A stretch of 51,812 bases of DNA, from contig CAIVBM010000045.1 in NCBI GenBank assembly GCA_903904195.1, positions 1 through 51,812 on the forward strand, given 5' to 3'. Below, piece by piece: positions 27,224-36,700 of the stretch (position 1 is its first letter; the number at the start of each line of letters is the position of its first letter). The notes under the pieces were generated by a model. It did no database searches. It was not told the DNA's origin and worked only from the letters and a program-made list of their open reading frames with translations. The DNA is from an uncultured bacterium. GTDB lineage: Bacteria > Patescibacteriota > Minisyncoccia > Phycocordibacterales > UBA9973. The position numbers and the translations under genes are program-made.

Positions 27224-28939
27224 TTACATCCTCTCCGGTGACTCAATACCAAGGAGATGCAGACCTGTTTTCATTACGAAGGAAAAGGCGAAAGTCAGAG
27301 CCACTTTGTAGGCGGAAGATTTATCTTCTTTTTTCACAATCAAATTGTTACCGTAAAAGCTGTTGAAGGCGCGAGCGACTTCTATTAAATAGCTCGCAAT
27401 ATAATGCGGTTCATATTCTTGACCTGAACGCAAGACAATTTCCGGAAATTTATATAACAATCTTTCCACTTCAAAAATTTCTGACGGAAAAGCATGCGGA
27501 TCCGGTAAAATGTTTTCCTTTTTCGCTTTTTCCAAAACTGAATTTGCTCGAGCGAAAGAATATTGCAAATATGGACCAGAATCCCCTTCGGTAGAGATGG
27601 ATTCTTCCACATTGTAAACGATGTCACTGCCGGATGAAGAACGAAGAATAGAATATTTTATCGCTGACACACCCACCATTTGCGCAACTTTTGCTTTCTC
27701 TTCCTCATCCCATTCCCGCCCAGACATCTTGTCGTCTATGAGAGCGATGGTGTCACGAATGAGAGACTCCCCAGTAATCACATTGCCCTTACGAGAACCC
27801 ATTTTGCCTGAAGCTAAACGCATCATACCGTGAGTGATGTGGAGCATCTTTTTTGCATGTTCAGGATAAATAATAGAAATAGCTTTAGTAACAACTTTCA
27901 TATAATCCGCCTGTTCATTTGCAGTGACGACGATAGACAAATCCATATCTGGATCTGTTTTAAATTTCTCTTCGGCAAGTCCGAGTTCTTTTGCCTCATA
28001 TGTAGGCAATCCTTCTTTGGTAATGAAAACTCTAGTGTGAAGCTTTGAATCATGCTTTTCAGCTTTAAATACAATGGCCCCATCGGATTCTTCAAAAACT
28101 TTACCCATATTATCTTTCACAATATCTCTGCCGATATCTGCCATAGCTGATTCCAAGAAATAGAAATCAAATTTTGTACCAAGAATTTTATACAAGTCTT
28201 CAAATGCATCCATCGTCACCTTGAAACCCCAATCATATATGTCATTTATTTTCTTATCACTTTTTTTGTAAACTTTTTTATTTATTTCATCTATTTCTTT
28301 TTTTGCTTTAGCATCACTTTCATAAGTCTCACTACCCTGCACATAAGCAAGGCCTATATTTCTGGCCTGAAATGCACTAGAACTAGTTTTTTCCTGCAAT
28401 TTTTCATCCTGCAAAAGTCCCCAAATAGCTTTCGCCACATGAAGTCCTACGTCACCCTGATAATTTGCTCGAGAAACATCTGCACCTCCATGTTCTAAAA
28501 TCCTAGCCACTGATTCACCAATCGCATTTGTCATCAAATGACCTATATGAAATGGTTTGAAAGGATTTGGGTCAGTATATTCAACCATTATTTTCTTGCC
28601 AGATAAAATTTTATTTTTACCGACATTTTCTCCATCATTTAAAATTTCTTCTACGCTTCGGCCAAAAAATTTACGAGATAAGTAAAAATTTATAAAGCCT
28701 GCACCGGCAACTTCTACTTTTTCTATATTATTATCCAAATTTAATCTAGATATTTGTTCAACTATCTTTTTTGCTAAATCTTTTGGATTATTTTTCACAC
28801 TTTTTGCGACAGCCATCGCCACATTTGTGGAATAATCTCCATTTTTAAAATCCTCCGGATGTTCCAATGCAATATCACCCACTTCTATCTCTAAATTCTT
28901 TAACACATCTTTTATCAATTTTTTAATTTCTTTTTGCAT
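27224..28939 (-). CDS. argS: Arginine--tRNA ligase
   Basis: Has PNPFKPFHIGHLMTNAIGE (HIGH) and ends with the typical ...GIESPERM. The start is placed at the second Met (ATG at 28939), which abuts the dut stop. The track ORF extends to 28978. Confidence 0.93.
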   Translation of the reverse strand: MQKEIKKLIKDVLKNLEIEVGDIALEHPEDFKNGDYSTNVAMAVAKSVKNNPKDLAKKIVEQISRLNLDNNIEKVEVAGAGFINFYLSRKFFGRSVEEILNDGENVGKNKILSGKKIMVEYTDPNPFKPFHIGHLMTNAIGESVARILEHGGADVSRANYQGDVGLHVAKAIWGLLQDEKLQEKTSSSAFQARNIGLAYVQGSETYESDAKAKKEIDEINKKVYKKSDKKINDIYDWGFKVTMDAFEDLYKILGTKFDFYFLESAMADIGRDIVKDNMGKVFEESDGAIVFKAEKHDSKLHTRVFITKEGLPTYEAKELGLAEEKFKTDPDMDLSIVVTANEQADYMKVVTKAISIIYPEHAKKMLHITHGMMRLASGKMGSRKGNVITGESLIRDTIALIDDKMSGREWDEEEKAKVAQMVGVSAIKYSILRSSSGSDIVYNVEESISTEGDSGPYLQYSFARANSVLEKAKKENILPDPHAFPSEIFEVERLLYKFPEIVLRSGQEYEPHYIASYLIEVARAFNSFYGNNLIVKKEDKSSAYKVALTFAFSFVMKTGLHLLGIESPERM

Positions 28940-28940
28940 A

Positions 28941-29363
28941 TTATTTTTTCCCTGTGCTTCCAAAACTTCCCTCACCACGCGCAGACTCGCTTAACTCTTT
29001 TACTTCTTTTAATTTTGCGATAACCATAGGAATAATCACAAGCTGGGAAACTTTATCACCCTCTTCAAAAGTATAACTCTTGTCTGATAAATTTACTAAA
29101 TGCGTATTGTATTCCCCCCGATAGCCAGGGTCAAAAACCCCACCCATTGTACGCAATCCTGCCTTGGAAATACTGCTTTTATCCATAACAATGGCTCCAT
29201 ACCCATTAGAAAATTCAAGAGCAAAACCATGCCAAATACGACAATGCTCGCCAGGTTTTATTGTTACCGTTTCCATCGCATACATATCCATACCCACATC
29301 CCCGAGATGATGATATTTTGGCAACTTTGCTTTTTCTTTTAATTTTTTAACTTTAATTATCAT
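28941..29363 (-). CDS. dut: dUTP diphosphatase (dUTPase family)
   Basis: 140 aa. Has GDVGMDMYA and GVFDPGYRGE motifs typical of trimeric dUTPases. Confidence 0.85.
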   Translation of the reverse strand: MIIKVKKLKEKAKLPKYHHLGDVGMDMYAMETVTIKPGEHCRIWHGFALEFSNGYGAIVMDKSSISKAGLRTMGGVFDPGYRGEYNTHLVNLSDKSYTFEEGDKVSQLVIIPMVIAKLKEVKELSESARGEGSFGSTGKK

Positions 29364-29370
29364 AAAAGGA

Positions 29371-30063
29371 TTATTTCAAAACTTTTTTAATTTCTTTATA
29401 AATTTCTGTATGAATATTTTCGCGAGTATCGAGTTTACCACCCTTTGTACACTCTATCTTTATCCATCCTCTTTGTGTTTTTGCCAACCAAAGCGCACTT
29501 TTTCTAGAATTTTCAAGAAATTTTTTATCTTTCTCATGTACATCCTGCTTTTTGCCCAGATACGCTCTATTGTTTTTTTTATTTCTTTCACGGATAAGCT
29601 TCAGAACTATGGGAATGGGAACATTCAAATAAAAAACCGCGTCCGGTTTCGGGATTTTAAAAACTTCATATTCCATCTCCGCCAGCCACTTGAGGAAACT
29701 TTCTCTTTTTTTTGTATTCGCGATTTTTCCGCCCTGATGTATCTGATTCGCGCTCGCATATCTGTCCGCAATTACTATATTCCCGTCGGAGAGCCATTTT
29801 TTAATCTTATCTTTGGATTCAAAACGATCGGCAGCATAAAGGACGGAGGCGATTTTCGGATGGATTTTCACGAAATTATAATATTGCTCGGAAAGGCAGT
29901 GGCCGATAAATTTGCCGAAGAAATTAGAATAATATTCCGGAAAATTAACCACCTTCACTTTTCTTCCGTCCTTTTTCAGATGTTTAATTAAAAGACCCGC
30001 CTGCGTCGCCTTTCCGCTACTGTCCGTGCCATCTATCACAATGAGTTTGCCTCGTTTAGCCAT
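29371..30063 (-). CDS. tmk: Thymidylate kinase-like
   Basis: 230 aa. P-loop is IVIDGTDSSGKATQ, followed by DRYASAN. Adjacent to dut. Confidence 0.8.
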   Translation of the reverse strand: MAKRGKLIVIDGTDSSGKATQAGLLIKHLKKDGRKVKVVNFPEYYSNFFGKFIGHCLSEQYYNFVKIHPKIASVLYAADRFESKDKIKKWLSDGNIVIADRYASANQIHQGGKIANTKKRESFLKWLAEMEYEVFKIPKPDAVFYLNVPIPIVLKLIRERNKKNNRAYLGKKQDVHEKDKKFLENSRKSALWLAKTQRGWIKIECTKGGKLDTRENIHTEIYKEIKKVLK

Positions 30064-30109
30064 ATGGAAAATATACCATATTACGCACCAGCTTGCAGTT
30101 TAATGTTTT

Positions 30110-30979
30110 TTACCCCAAGGGTACAGCATCAGAAACGATTTTTTGATTTGGATATTCTTTCCTTAGTTTTTCTACATCTTCTTTCTCCATTTTCCAACCA
30201 ACTGCACCTAAATTTTCTTTTAAATGCTCATTGCTACTAGTCTTGGACAAAGTTAAGACATAAGGTTGGGATATAAGCCAATTAATAGAAATTTGTGCAG
30301 GTGTTTTTTTATATTTATCGCACATTTCCTGAAGCACAGCAGGGATATTTTCTAGTAGATTGCCTTTACCAACAGGTCTCCATGCAACTAAAAATACATC
30401 GTTCTTTTGACAGTAATCTAAAAGTCCTTTTACTTCTGGCTCGCGAAATTCTAAATTGTAGTGGACCTGATTACAGACTATTTTATTTTTTGTATAAGAT
30501 TGTGCTTCTTTTAAATATTTTTTGTCGAAATTTGCTACACCTATATTTTTTACTAGACCCTTAGCCACTAATTCATCTAGGGCCTGCATTGTTTTTCTTA
30601 AATCAAGTTCCGGATTGTGTCTGTGTAAAAGATATAAATCTAAATATGATGTTTGCAATCTTTCTAAGCTTCTTTTACAAGAATTAATAACATTTTCATA
30701 AGCCATGTTTTCTGCATGAACTTTTGAAACAATAAATAATTTTGAGCGGTCATAATTTTTTATAGCTTTACCAACCAAAATTTCTGAATAACCTTCTGCA
30801 TAAGACTCCGCTGTGTCTATATGGGTAATTCCAGAATCTATCGCTAATTTAATTGCTGATATATCTCTATTGTCATCATTATTTGGATCATGTTCATGTC
30901 TTCCCCCCATTTGCCATGTTCCCAGACCAAAAACCGGCATTCCAAATCCAATTTTTAATTTTTTTATTGGTATTTGCAT
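30110..30979 (-). CDS. Aldo/keto reductase
   Basis: 289 aa. Has GLGTWQMGG, HIDTAESY and LDLYLLH motifs. Confidence 0.9.
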   Translation of the reverse strand: MQIPIKKLKIGFGMPVFGLGTWQMGGRHEHDPNNDDNRDISAIKLAIDSGITHIDTAESYAEGYSEILVGKAIKNYDRSKLFIVSKVHAENMAYENVINSCKRSLERLQTSYLDLYLLHRHNPELDLRKTMQALDELVAKGLVKNIGVANFDKKYLKEAQSYTKNKIVCNQVHYNLEFREPEVKGLLDYCQKNDVFLVAWRPVGKGNLLENIPAVLQEMCDKYKKTPAQISINWLISQPYVLTLSKTSSNEHLKENLGAVGWKMEKEDVEKLRKEYPNQKIVSDAVPLG

Positions 30980-30981
30980 TT

Positions 30982-32226
30982 TTACACGAACCTTTTTGGT
31001 ATCGGGAATTTTTTGGCGAGATTTTTAATTTCTTTGTGCACTTTTTCTTTTATTTTTTTGTCATTTTTATTCTTTAGAACAAGAATCATGTATTCAGCAA
31101 TAGCTCTGCATTCCTTTTCTTTGAAACCTCGCGTGGTTATCGCCGGAGTGCCGAAACGGATGCCGGAAGGATCAAGAGGCTTCCTAGTATCCCCCGCAAT
31201 TGAGTTCATATTTAACGTTATGCCGACTTCGTCGAGCACCGTCTGCGCTTCCTTTCCTGTCACGCCCAGAGAGCCGAAAACGTCAGCCAAAATAAGGTGG
31301 TTATCGGTTCCTCCACCGATCATTCGGACTTTATTTTTGCGCAAAACTTCTTCCATAGCCTTGGCATTTTTCAAAATCTGCGCCGCGTATTTTTTATATT
31401 TCGGCATCATCGCTTCTCCGAAGGCCACGGCTTTGGCGGCGATAGTGTGCATATGCGGACCGCCTTGGATTCCGGGGAAAATAGCTTTATCTATTTTCTT
31501 GGCGATTTCTTCGCTCTCACGGGTCAAAATAATTCCTCCGCGCGGACCACGAAGAGTTTTGTGCGTAGTGGAAGTTATGATATCAAAACCATCATCAAAA
31601 GGATTGCGAAGAACGCCTGCGGCGATGAGTCCTGCGATGTGCGCCATGTCTGCCATCGTGATAGCTCCCGCTTCGTGAGCTATCTCCACGAATTTTTTGT
31701 AGTCCAAAGTGCGAGGATACGCGGAAAATCCAGCAATAATCAATTTCGGCTTTGTTTCTAGGGCCACTTTGCGCATATCTTCGTAATCAATTTCCCCCGT
31801 GTCCGGATTTTTCATCTTGTAAGTGACGAATTTATAAATCTTGGCAGGCAAAGTCATAGGATGCCCGTGCGTCAGGTGCCCACCATGTGAAAGGTCCATA
31901 CCCATCACCGTGTCCCCTGGTTGAAGTAACGCCGCATATACGGCCAAGTTTGCCGGAGCGCCGGAATGAGGCTGAACATTCGCAAATTTACAATTAAAAA
32001 GCTTGCAGATTCTCTCTATCGCCAAACGCTCCACGCCATCGGTGAATTCTTGCCCTCCGTAATATCTGCGTCCAGGATATCCTTCGGAATATTTATTGGT
32101 AAACACCGAACCGTTGGCAGTAAGCACATCTTCGGAAACATAGTTCTCCGACGGAATAAGTTCCAGCCCTTCTCTCTGCCTTTTCTCCTCGCCTTTTATT
32201 AACTTTTCTATTTGTTTGTCTCGCAT
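30982..32226 (-). CDS. glyA: Serine hydroxymethyltransferase
   Basis: 414 aa. Has LELIPSENY, GYPGRRYYGG and TSTTHKTLRGPRGG (PLP lysine motif). Confidence 0.97.
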   Translation of the reverse strand: MRDKQIEKLIKGEEKRQREGLELIPSENYVSEDVLTANGSVFTNKYSEGYPGRRYYGGQEFTDGVERLAIERICKLFNCKFANVQPHSGAPANLAVYAALLQPGDTVMGMDLSHGGHLTHGHPMTLPAKIYKFVTYKMKNPDTGEIDYEDMRKVALETKPKLIIAGFSAYPRTLDYKKFVEIAHEAGAITMADMAHIAGLIAAGVLRNPFDDGFDIITSTTHKTLRGPRGGIILTRESEEIAKKIDKAIFPGIQGGPHMHTIAAKAVAFGEAMMPKYKKYAAQILKNAKAMEEVLRKNKVRMIGGGTDNHLILADVFGSLGVTGKEAQTVLDEVGITLNMNSIAGDTRKPLDPSGIRFGTPAITTRGFKEKECRAIAEYMILVLKNKNDKKIKEKVHKEIKNLAKKFPIPKRFV

Positions 32227-32267
32227 TTTATTAGAAATTTGTTATTTAATAATTTTACCATACAAAC

Positions 32268-33140
32268 TTACTTTTTTGCTTCGGGAGCTTTAAATAAAGC
32301 TTCGGCTTTGCCTAATTCATCTATTAATTTAATAACTGAAATCATAATGGGACTGCTTGCATACTTTTTTAAACCTTTTGGATCATTTTTTAGAAAGTCT
32401 ATTGCTTCTTCGTGTGTTGCCTTGCTTCTTTCAACTCTAGCTTGATATTTATCTACAGCCATCAAAGCATAAATGCAATATTTCAGATCATTTGGAATCT
32501 TTTCTTCATCAATTCCGCATGGATTAATCCCTTGAACGACGTGATGGCTAGAGGCTATTTCCACCATTCTTTTACTAAAAACATCTTTGTTTTGATCAAG
32601 AACATCTTTTGTCCAAAATGCATGCATATCAAAAAAATTACGCATTGACATGTCACGAGTTATCCCAATCTTTGATAGATTAGAAATTATCGCTTCTACT
32701 TCATCAGGAAGAAAAATTTTTAGAGTTTCCTCTACTGTTATTTTATTCGGATCTTCTAACTGCCCTACAGAGAACAATTTAATTACTGCCAACTGACACA
32801 ACTGATCATCTGACGATGAAGATTTACCAATATCACTAAAGAAGGAAGCTAAAACAACATCGCATTTTTGTTCTGGTGTTAATTTTAATTTATTTTTCCT
32901 ATTTAAATTATCAAGAGTATTTTCTACTCCCCTTTTTACCATTCTAGAATCTTCATTAAACTTGGAAAAATTCTCAAAAATAACCAAACGATCAAGGATT
33001 TCAGGTGGACATTTTGTAAATCCCAATTTAAAAAGTTCAGCCTGTATCCTATTCCTGGTTTCTTCTTCTGTTTCAACAGGTTTTACAGCTTCCATAACCT
33101 TAGTTTTAGCTGGAGATTTGGCTTCTAAAATCATATTCAT
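32268..33140 (-). CDS. Hypothetical protein, possibly a degenerate HD-domain fold
   Basis: 290 aa. LASFFSDIGK resembles the HDIGK motif with His replaced by Ser. A later SSHHVVQG is present. Weak assignment. Confidence 0.55.
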   Translation of the reverse strand: MNMILEAKSPAKTKVMEAVKPVETEEETRNRIQAELFKLGFTKCPPEILDRLVIFENFSKFNEDSRMVKRGVENTLDNLNRKNKLKLTPEQKCDVVLASFFSDIGKSSSSDDQLCQLAVIKLFSVGQLEDPNKITVEETLKIFLPDEVEAIISNLSKIGITRDMSMRNFFDMHAFWTKDVLDQNKDVFSKRMVEIASSHHVVQGINPCGIDEEKIPNDLKYCIYALMAVDKYQARVERSKATHEEAIDFLKNDPKGLKKYASSPIMISVIKLIDELGKAEALFKAPEAKK

Positions 33141-33152
33141 ATACTAGCATAT

Positions 33153-34001
33153 TTATTTACTAAAACTAAAAGTGGTATTTTTACCGTCAGATTTCATAAT
33201 TATACTACCTAATAAATCTGTTCTAAATATTTTTACACTAAATGAAGCAAGAGTATCAAGTGTCTCCTGGTGAGGATGACCATAGTTATTGTTCTTGCCA
33301 TCAGAAATAAGAGCATAGATTGGAGAAACAGCTTTCACAAATAAAGGAGATGTAGAAGTGCGTGATCCATGATGCCCTACTTTCAAAATAGTGCTAGCGA
33401 GTTGCGCTGAAGTATTTTCTGAGAGAATTATTTTTTCTGTTTTAATATCTGCATCACCTGTCAACATTATGGAAGTTTTTCCGTAAGTTAATCTTGCTAC
33501 CACCGACCCTTCATTTGTGGGCCAGCTTGAAACATCACGATCGGGAAATAAAATATTTATCACAGCACCACCTCCTATATCTAACTTCATTCCCTTCTTC
33601 ACTAAGATGTCTGGGACATTTTGCTTTTTCATTTCTTCTCTAAGGTTTTGATACATCTTTGAATCTGTTAAGGTCCCTGATTCAAAAACTTCTACCACTT
33701 TATAACTTTTTAAAATGTCCAAGAAGCCACCAATATGGTCCGCATCAGGATTGGTAATAATGAGCACATCAATACTCTTATCAAATGGAGACATCACTCG
33801 TGCAAGCGGACCGAGGACACTACGTGCCGGACCTCCATCAAACATGACTTGCGTGCCAGTTGGAGATTCTATAAAAAGCCCGTCCCCTTGACCCACATCA
33901 AGCATCGCAAAAGTGAGACCTCTGTGAGAATCTTGCCAATCTGTTTTTAAAAGAAAAAAAATAGATATCAATAGATAATATTTTTTGCAATTTTCTAACA
34001 T
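33153..34001 (-). CDS. ComEC-type metallo-beta-lactamase domain protein (stand-alone)
   Basis: 282 aa. Has an N-terminal TM helix. DVGQGDGLFIESPTGTQVMFDGG, ITNPDADHIGG and KVGHHGS match the C-terminal MBL nuclease domain of ComEC/Rec2. Confidence 0.8.
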   Translation of the reverse strand: MLENCKKYYLLISIFFLLKTDWQDSHRGLTFAMLDVGQGDGLFIESPTGTQVMFDGGPARSVLGPLARVMSPFDKSIDVLIITNPDADHIGGFLDILKSYKVVEVFESGTLTDSKMYQNLREEMKKQNVPDILVKKGMKLDIGGGAVINILFPDRDVSSWPTNEGSVVARLTYGKTSIMLTGDADIKTEKIILSENTSAQLASTILKVGHHGSRTSTSPLFVKAVSPIYALISDGKNNNYGHPHQETLDTLASFSVKIFRTDLLGSIIMKSDGKNTTFSFSK

Positions 34002-34015
34002 GATATAATACTAGC

Positions 34016-34609
34016 ATGAAAAAATTTCAAGAAATAAAATTTAATATCGGAGCATTAAAAGGAATATCAACGAAAAATATTGAAGAACATTTAAAACTTT
34101 ATGCAGGCTATGTGAAAAACACTAATTTAATTATAGAAAAGATCCAAGAATACTCTATTGATGCCGAAAAGAATGCTTATGTCATAAGTGAATTACATAG
34201 AAGATTTGGTTTTGAATTTAATGGAATGAGAAATCATGAATATTACTTTAAATCATTAGAAGATGGATCAAAACCATTACCAAAAGATTCTCAATTTAAA
34301 AAAGCCCTAGAAAAACAAGCTTCATCGTTTGAAGTAGCCATAACTGAATTCAAAACTCTGGCTATGACTCGCGGAGTCGGTTGGGCAGTTCTTTGTTTTG
34401 ATAAAAAATCAAAACAACTTATTCCTACTTGGATAGACGAACATCATCTAGGACAATTAAATGGACTCGACTGGATTCTGGGTATTGATATGTGGGAGCA
34501 TGCCTTTGTTTATGACTACGCTACATCTGAAAAGAAAAAATACGTAGAAGCATTTTTTGATAATCTAAACTGGGAAGTTATAGAAGATAATTTTAAAAAG
34601 GCTCAGTAG
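34016..34609 (+). CDS. Fe/Mn superoxide dismutase family protein
   Basis: 197 aa. The equivalents of the four metal ligands are present (EEH, FNGMRNHEYYF, DMWEHAFVYDY). Confidence 0.8.
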   Translation: MKKFQEIKFNIGALKGISTKNIEEHLKLYAGYVKNTNLIIEKIQEYSIDAEKNAYVISELHRRFGFEFNGMRNHEYYFKSLEDGSKPLPKDSQFKKALEKQASSFEVAITEFKTLAMTRGVGWAVLCFDKKSKQLIPTWIDEHHLGQLNGLDWILGIDMWEHAFVYDYATSEKKKYVEAFFDNLNWEVIEDNFKKAQ

Positions 34610-34625
34610 AAAATAAAAAAATATA

Positions 34626-34705
34626 AACTTTTTCCGGTACGGATTTTTTAAGCTTAAAAAATCCTGAAGTTCTCGGCTCGACAGCCTCGAAACCCCTCCA
34701 AAAGT
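34626..34705. repeat. Repeat element family C copy 2 (inverted relative to 1300-1380)
   Basis: Over the 62-63 nt core the reverse complement differs from copy 1 by one substitution and one 1-nt indel. Lies between the convergent SOD and comEC genes. Confidence 0.8.
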
Positions 34706-36219
34706 TATATTTCTTTATTTTCTACAAAAAAACTTTCTATACTTCTACCAAATAACTTATAAATAAAATAAGCGTAGATTATTAATGTAAGCAAAAGAGG
34801 AAAATTCGGGAAAGAAAAAGCGGCAAAAGGTAAATTTGAAAAAAAGCTAATCACCCCGAGTTCATAATGCAAAAATAAATATGAAATATATCCAAACGGC
34901 ACAGCAAACATAGATGAAACAAGCCCGACAAAACCAGTGAGGAAACCGAGCAACATTGTAAAAGGAATAAAAGGCAAAATCAACACATTTGCCGGCAAAG
35001 CAACAAGAGAAAAATTACCCATTTTGTAAAGTATAAAAGGAAAAACAAAAATATAAGCAGCACAAGTGACCGTGACTATATCTCTGATTTTAAAACGATC
35101 AGTCACCCATAAGAAATACTTTTCTATTCTGGGAGAAAAGAAAATCACAGCCACAGTCGCGATAAAAGAAAGTTGAAAAGAAACGTCATACACCAAGACA
35201 AAAGGATTTAATAAAATCATAAATACTCCAGCGAGGATAAGTGCACGCGCGACATCATAATTCCTCCCAGTCGCGCGAGCCACCAATGCCAAAATCGCCA
35301 TTATCCCTGCTCGGATTGCTGTGGAACTAGCGCCAGTCATTAAAATAAAAAGTAAAATAGAAAAAATTCCTATACCGATACCTAAATTCTTAGGCAAAAA
35401 AGCAAACAGTTTCATAATCCATTCGGCAACAATAGTCACATTGTAACCAGACAAAGCAACAATATGTATCGTACCTGTATTTACAAAGCTTTGTCGTAAT
35501 GCCTGATCAAAAGATGACTTCTCCCCTAAAATAAGCCCGCCCATCAGAAGTGCTTCTGGACCTTTAATTGCAAAATTCATCTTATCTAAAAATTTTTCTT
35601 TCGCAGAAAACAAAGCGTTTTTAATAAAATTACCATTTCCCCTTGATGTTATTTCAATCTTGGGGAATCCCATCACATACAAAATTCCATCTTTTCTTAA
35701 ATAATTTACATAATCAAATTCTTTTCCTTGATCAGTCGTAAAATTTTCAGGTTTTTCTAATTTTCCAAAAAAATTAATCTCATCTCCATATTTAAAATTT
35801 TCATCAAGACTTGTGGAAAGTAATATATTAGTGGCGGAAAAAGGCCTTGCCTTGGGTTCTATTAAGGCAAAGCCTTGAGGAGCCAAAATTTCAACAATCA
35901 ATTTCTGATTACTCTCTCCAATACTTGGTTCATCAACAATCTTTCCAGATAAAGATATTTTTTGCCCAACTTTTGATTCAAAAAAGTTGGGCGCTGAAAC
36001 ATCAAATATGTGAAACCTAAAAACACCAAAAGAAAACGCCACTATAAAGATAGAAACAATAATGCCCCACTTATCTTTTGAAATGAAAGTAAAATAAAAA
36101 GACAAAACAAAAGCTAAAACTCCCAGCAAAATAATAAAATAAAAATTCAAAAAGAAAAAAGAGCGCAAAAGCACTCCTGTTATAAAACCAAAACATATTG
36201 CATAAAAAATCCTATCTCG
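34705..36219 (-). CDS. comEC: ComEC/Rec2 DNA internalisation channel (membrane portion only)
   Basis: Multi-TM protein with an N-terminal OB/DUF4131-like region and a Competence domain (ALRQSFVNTGTIHIVALSGYNVTIV). The start is placed at ATG 36219, an 8-nt overlap with rnhA. The track ORF extends to 36297. Confidence 0.85.
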   Translation of the reverse strand, partial: RDRIFYAICFGFITGVLLRSFFFLNFYFIILLGVLAFVLSFYFTFISKDKWGIIVSIFIVAFSFGVFRFHIFDVSAPNFFESKVGQKISLSGKIVDEPSIGESNQKLIVEILAPQGFALIEPKARPFSATNILLSTSLDENFKYGDEINFFGKLEKPENFTTDQGKEFDYVNYLRKDGILYVMGFPKIEITSRGNGNFIKNALFSAKEKFLDKMNFAIKGPEALLMGGLILGEKSSFDQALRQSFVNTGTIHIVALSGYNVTIVAEWIMKLFAFLPKNLGIGIGIFSILLFILMTGASSTAIRAGIMAILALVARATGRNYDVARALILAGVFMILLNPFVLVYDVSFQLSFIATVAVIFFSPRIEKYFLWVTDRFKIRDIVTVTCAAYIFVFPFILYKMGNFSLVALPANVLILPFIPFTMLLGFLTGFVGLVSSMFAVPFGYISYLFLHYELGVISFFSNLPFAAFSFPNFPLLLTLIIYAYFIYKLFGRSIESFFVENKEI

Positions 36220-36700
36220 CATTTTTAAGTTCCACTGGACATCCTTCGGCAAAGCTCGTGGCAATGAGGTCCACTCTGTCATTATATTTGTCTCCATTGT
36301 GACCTTTCACATAATTCCATTTAATAGAAAATCCTTGCGTGAGCTCAAAAAGCTCTTCCCAAAGCTCTCGATTCAAAACCGGCTTCTTGGCGGCATTGCG
36401 CCAATTATTTTTCTGCCAATTAAAAATCCATTCAGTGATTCCCAAAATCACATATTTGGAATCGGAAAAAATCTCAATGTTTTGCGTTAGGTCTTGCCTA
36501 ACGCAAATATTTCTTAGATATTTCAGGGCTTCTATCGGCGCGGTCAGCTCCATCTGATTGTTCGTGGCATGCTCTGTCCTGCCGCCAATTTCGATAACTT
36601 TTTCACCAACAAAAAGAATGGCTCCCCAGCCTGCCTTCCCCGGATTCCCCTTCGCCGCCCCGTCTGTATAAATGGTTATTTTTTGTTCTTTTGTCATCAT
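36212..36700 (-). CDS. rnhA: Ribonuclease HI
   Basis: 162 aa. Has IYTDGAAKGNPGKAGWGAIL, TNNQMELTA, IFSDSKYV and VKGHNGDKYNDRVD. Confidence 0.9.
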   Translation of the reverse strand: MMTKEQKITIYTDGAAKGNPGKAGWGAILFVGEKVIEIGGRTEHATNNQMELTAPIEALKYLRNICVRQDLTQNIEIFSDSKYVILGITEWIFNWQKNNWRNAAKKPVLNRELWEELFELTQGFSIKWNYVKGHNGDKYNDRVDLIATSFAEGCPVELKNAR

